From contig NC_086108.1 in NCBI RefSeq assembly GCF_963921235.1, forward strand, positions 84,632,001 to 84,696,000: a DNA stretch of 64,000 nucleotides. Direction: 5' to 3'. The notes beneath the pieces are model-generated. The model did not search any database, was not told where the DNA came from, and saw only the letters and a list, made by a program, of their open reading frames with translations. Both the position numbers and the translations under genes were made by a program. The stretch comes from Mobula hypostoma. Its lineage: Eukaryota. This document shows positions 61,850 to 64,000 of the stretch, piece after piece. Positions within the stretch are counted from its first letter, which is position 1; the number at the start of each line of letters is the position of its first letter.

Positions 61850-63700
61850 GCATAGGTAATCAGAAAGCATATGAAGTTGCCAAGAGTAGTAGTAAACCGG
61901 AAGATTGGGAAAACTTTAACAAGCAACAAAAAACCACTAAGTGAGCAATAATGAAAGGGAAGATAGATTATGAAAATAAACTAGTGCAAAATATAAAAAT
62001 GGATAGCCTTGGATAACTAAGGAAATAAAACGTAGCAAACTAAAAGCTCGTGCATACAAAGTTGCTAAGAGTAATGGGAAACTGGAAGATTGGGAAAACT
62101 TTAAAAAGCAGCAAAGGACCATTAAGCGTGACAGATTATGAAAATAAACTACCACTTGTGGGCCTGAAAATAGACAAGTCCCCTGGTCCTGATGGAATGC
62201 ATCCCAGGGCACTGAAAGAATTGGCAGAAGTTAAAGTAGAGGCTTTGGTGATAATTTACCAAAATTCTCTGGACTCTGAAAAGGTCCCGGCAGATTGGAA
62301 GACAGCGAATGCCACGCCACTGTTCAAAAAAAGGATTTAGGCAAAAGGCAGGTAACTATTGACCAGTTAGTTTAACATCTGTAGTTGGGAAAATGCTTGA
62401 AGCTATCAATAACGAAGAAACAGCGAGACATCTGGAAAGAAATGGATCCATTAGGCAGACACAACATGGATTCAGCAGAGGCAGGCCCTTTTTAACAAAC
62501 TTACTGGAGCTCTTTGCGGATATAATGAGCATACTGGATAGAAGGGAACAGATGGACCTTATTTACTTGGATTTCCAGAAGGCGTTCAATAAGGTGCTGC
62601 ATAAAAGACTTATCCATAAGATAAAGATGCAAAGAGTTGGGGGTGATGTATTAACATGGAAAGAGGATTGGTTAACTAATAGAAAGCAGAGAGTTGGGAT
62701 ACATGGGTGTTACTCTGATTGGCAATCAGTGGTGAGCGGTGTGCCACAGGGGTCAGTTCTGGGCCCACAACTGTTCAGGATATACACTAACAATCTGGAA
62801 GAGGGGATCGAGTGTAGTGTATCTAAATTTGCTGATGATATTAAATTCAGTGGAAAAGCAAATTGTGCAGAAGATATGGAGAGTTTGCAGAGAGATATAG
62901 ATAGGTTAACTGAGTGGGCAAAGGTCTGGGAGATGGTGTACAATTTTGGTAAAGGCAAGGTCATTCACTTTGGAAGGGAAAATGAAAGAGCAGATTATTA
63001 TTTAAAATGGTAAAAAATTGCAGCATGCTGCTCTGCAGAGGGACTTGGAAGTGCCTCTGCATGAATCACGGAAGGTTGGATTGAAGGTGTAGCAAGCTAT
63101 CAAGAAGGCAAACAGAATGTTGGCATTTATTGCTAGAGGGATTGAATTTAAGATCAGAAAGGTTATGTTGCAACTGTACAGGATACTGGTAAGATTGCAC
63201 TTGCAGTACTGCGTGCAGTTCTGGTCTCCTTACTTGAAGTATATACTGGCTTTGGAGGCTGTGCAGAGGTGGTTCACCAGGTTGATTCCAGAGATGAGGG
63301 AATTAGAATGTGAGGAGAGACTAAGTCACCTGGGACTGTACTTGCTGGAATTCAGAAGAATGAAAGGGGTAGATGAGATAGAGGCAGGAAAGTTGTTTCC
63401 AGTAATAGGTGAGAGTAGAACTAGGGGACATAGCTCAAGATTCGGGGAGAAGATTTAGGACGGAGATGAGGAGGAATTGCTTTTCCCAGAGTGGTGAATC
63501 TGTAGAATTCTCCATGCAATGAAGCAGTGGAGACTACCTCAGTGAACATATTTAAGACAAAGTTGGATAGATTTTTGCACAATGGGAAAATTAAGGGTTA
63601 TGGGGAAAAGGCAGGTAGGTGGAGACGAGTCCATGGCCAGATCAGCCATGATCTTATTGAATGGTGGAATAGGCTCGACAGGCTTGCTATTTCTTATGTT
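61850..63700 (+). mobile_element. Decayed CR1 ORF2 fragment
   Basis: KSPGPDGMHPR, YLDFQKAFNKV, SGVPQGSVLGP and KFADD motifs. Confidence 0.9.
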
Positions 63701-63903
63701 CTAAAGGCATCAGGGCAGCTTGAGGGAAAGAGCCATAGTTTTGTCTGTGACTGCAGCAAGACTTGTTCGATAGTATAAGCTGCATGTCCATAAATTCAGA
63801 CAGCTACAATTGTAGGCATCGTTGAAACAGTTCAGTGCAAAATGGGGACTTGATCTGGCTCAATATTCAGAAAGAAAGGTTTTATCCTACAGTTCTTGAG
63901 AAT

Positions 63904-64000
63904 AGCAACGCACATCAAAGTTGCTGGTGAACGCAGCAGGCCAGGCAGCATCTGTAGGAAGAGGTGCAGTTGACGAAGGGTCTCGGCCTGAAACGTCGAC
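63904..64000. mobile_element. Penelope pLTR with an inversion junction at the hammerhead (runs off window edge)
   Basis: Minus-strand copy up to gcagttgacg, then plus-strand tgacgaagggtctcggcctgaaacgtcgac. Confidence 0.8.

Noticed and set aside
60467..64000. Upstream KDM4 exon (LERKYWKN...YGAD) or promoter
   Set aside because: No such coding sequence or CpG island found; it must lie beyond the window.

Overview
Eukaryotic (vertebrate) genomic DNA, not prokaryotic. The repeat landscape (CR1 LINEs, HE1/V-SINE-like SINEs, Penelope-like elements, Rex-Babar, Tc1, Tigger) suggests a cartilaginous fish; this is an inference. The whole window lies inside one minus-strand gene, a KDM4/JMJD2 histone demethylase best matching KDM4A. 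I traced 15 phase-compatible coding exons from the JmjC domain (60466) through the linker and PHD fingers to the first Tudor exon (63); the gene runs off both edges. The introns are packed with often nested transposons. Highlights: (1) a dispersed family of ~100-140 nt Penelope-derived inserts carrying a minimal type I hammerhead ribozyme, several flanked by their own TSDs and several in the sense of the pre-mRNA; (2) a full-length L1 with both ORFs intact, a perfect 14-bp TSD and an inverted copy of its 5' end in the inter-ORF spacer; (3) a GC-AG intron inside the JmjC coding region; (4) a TSD-flanked templated copy of 135 bp of local intron; (5) an inverted CR1 pair bracketing nine exons. 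Coordinates were counted by hand, TE boundaries without TSDs are approximate, family names come from motif recognition, and no database search was run.
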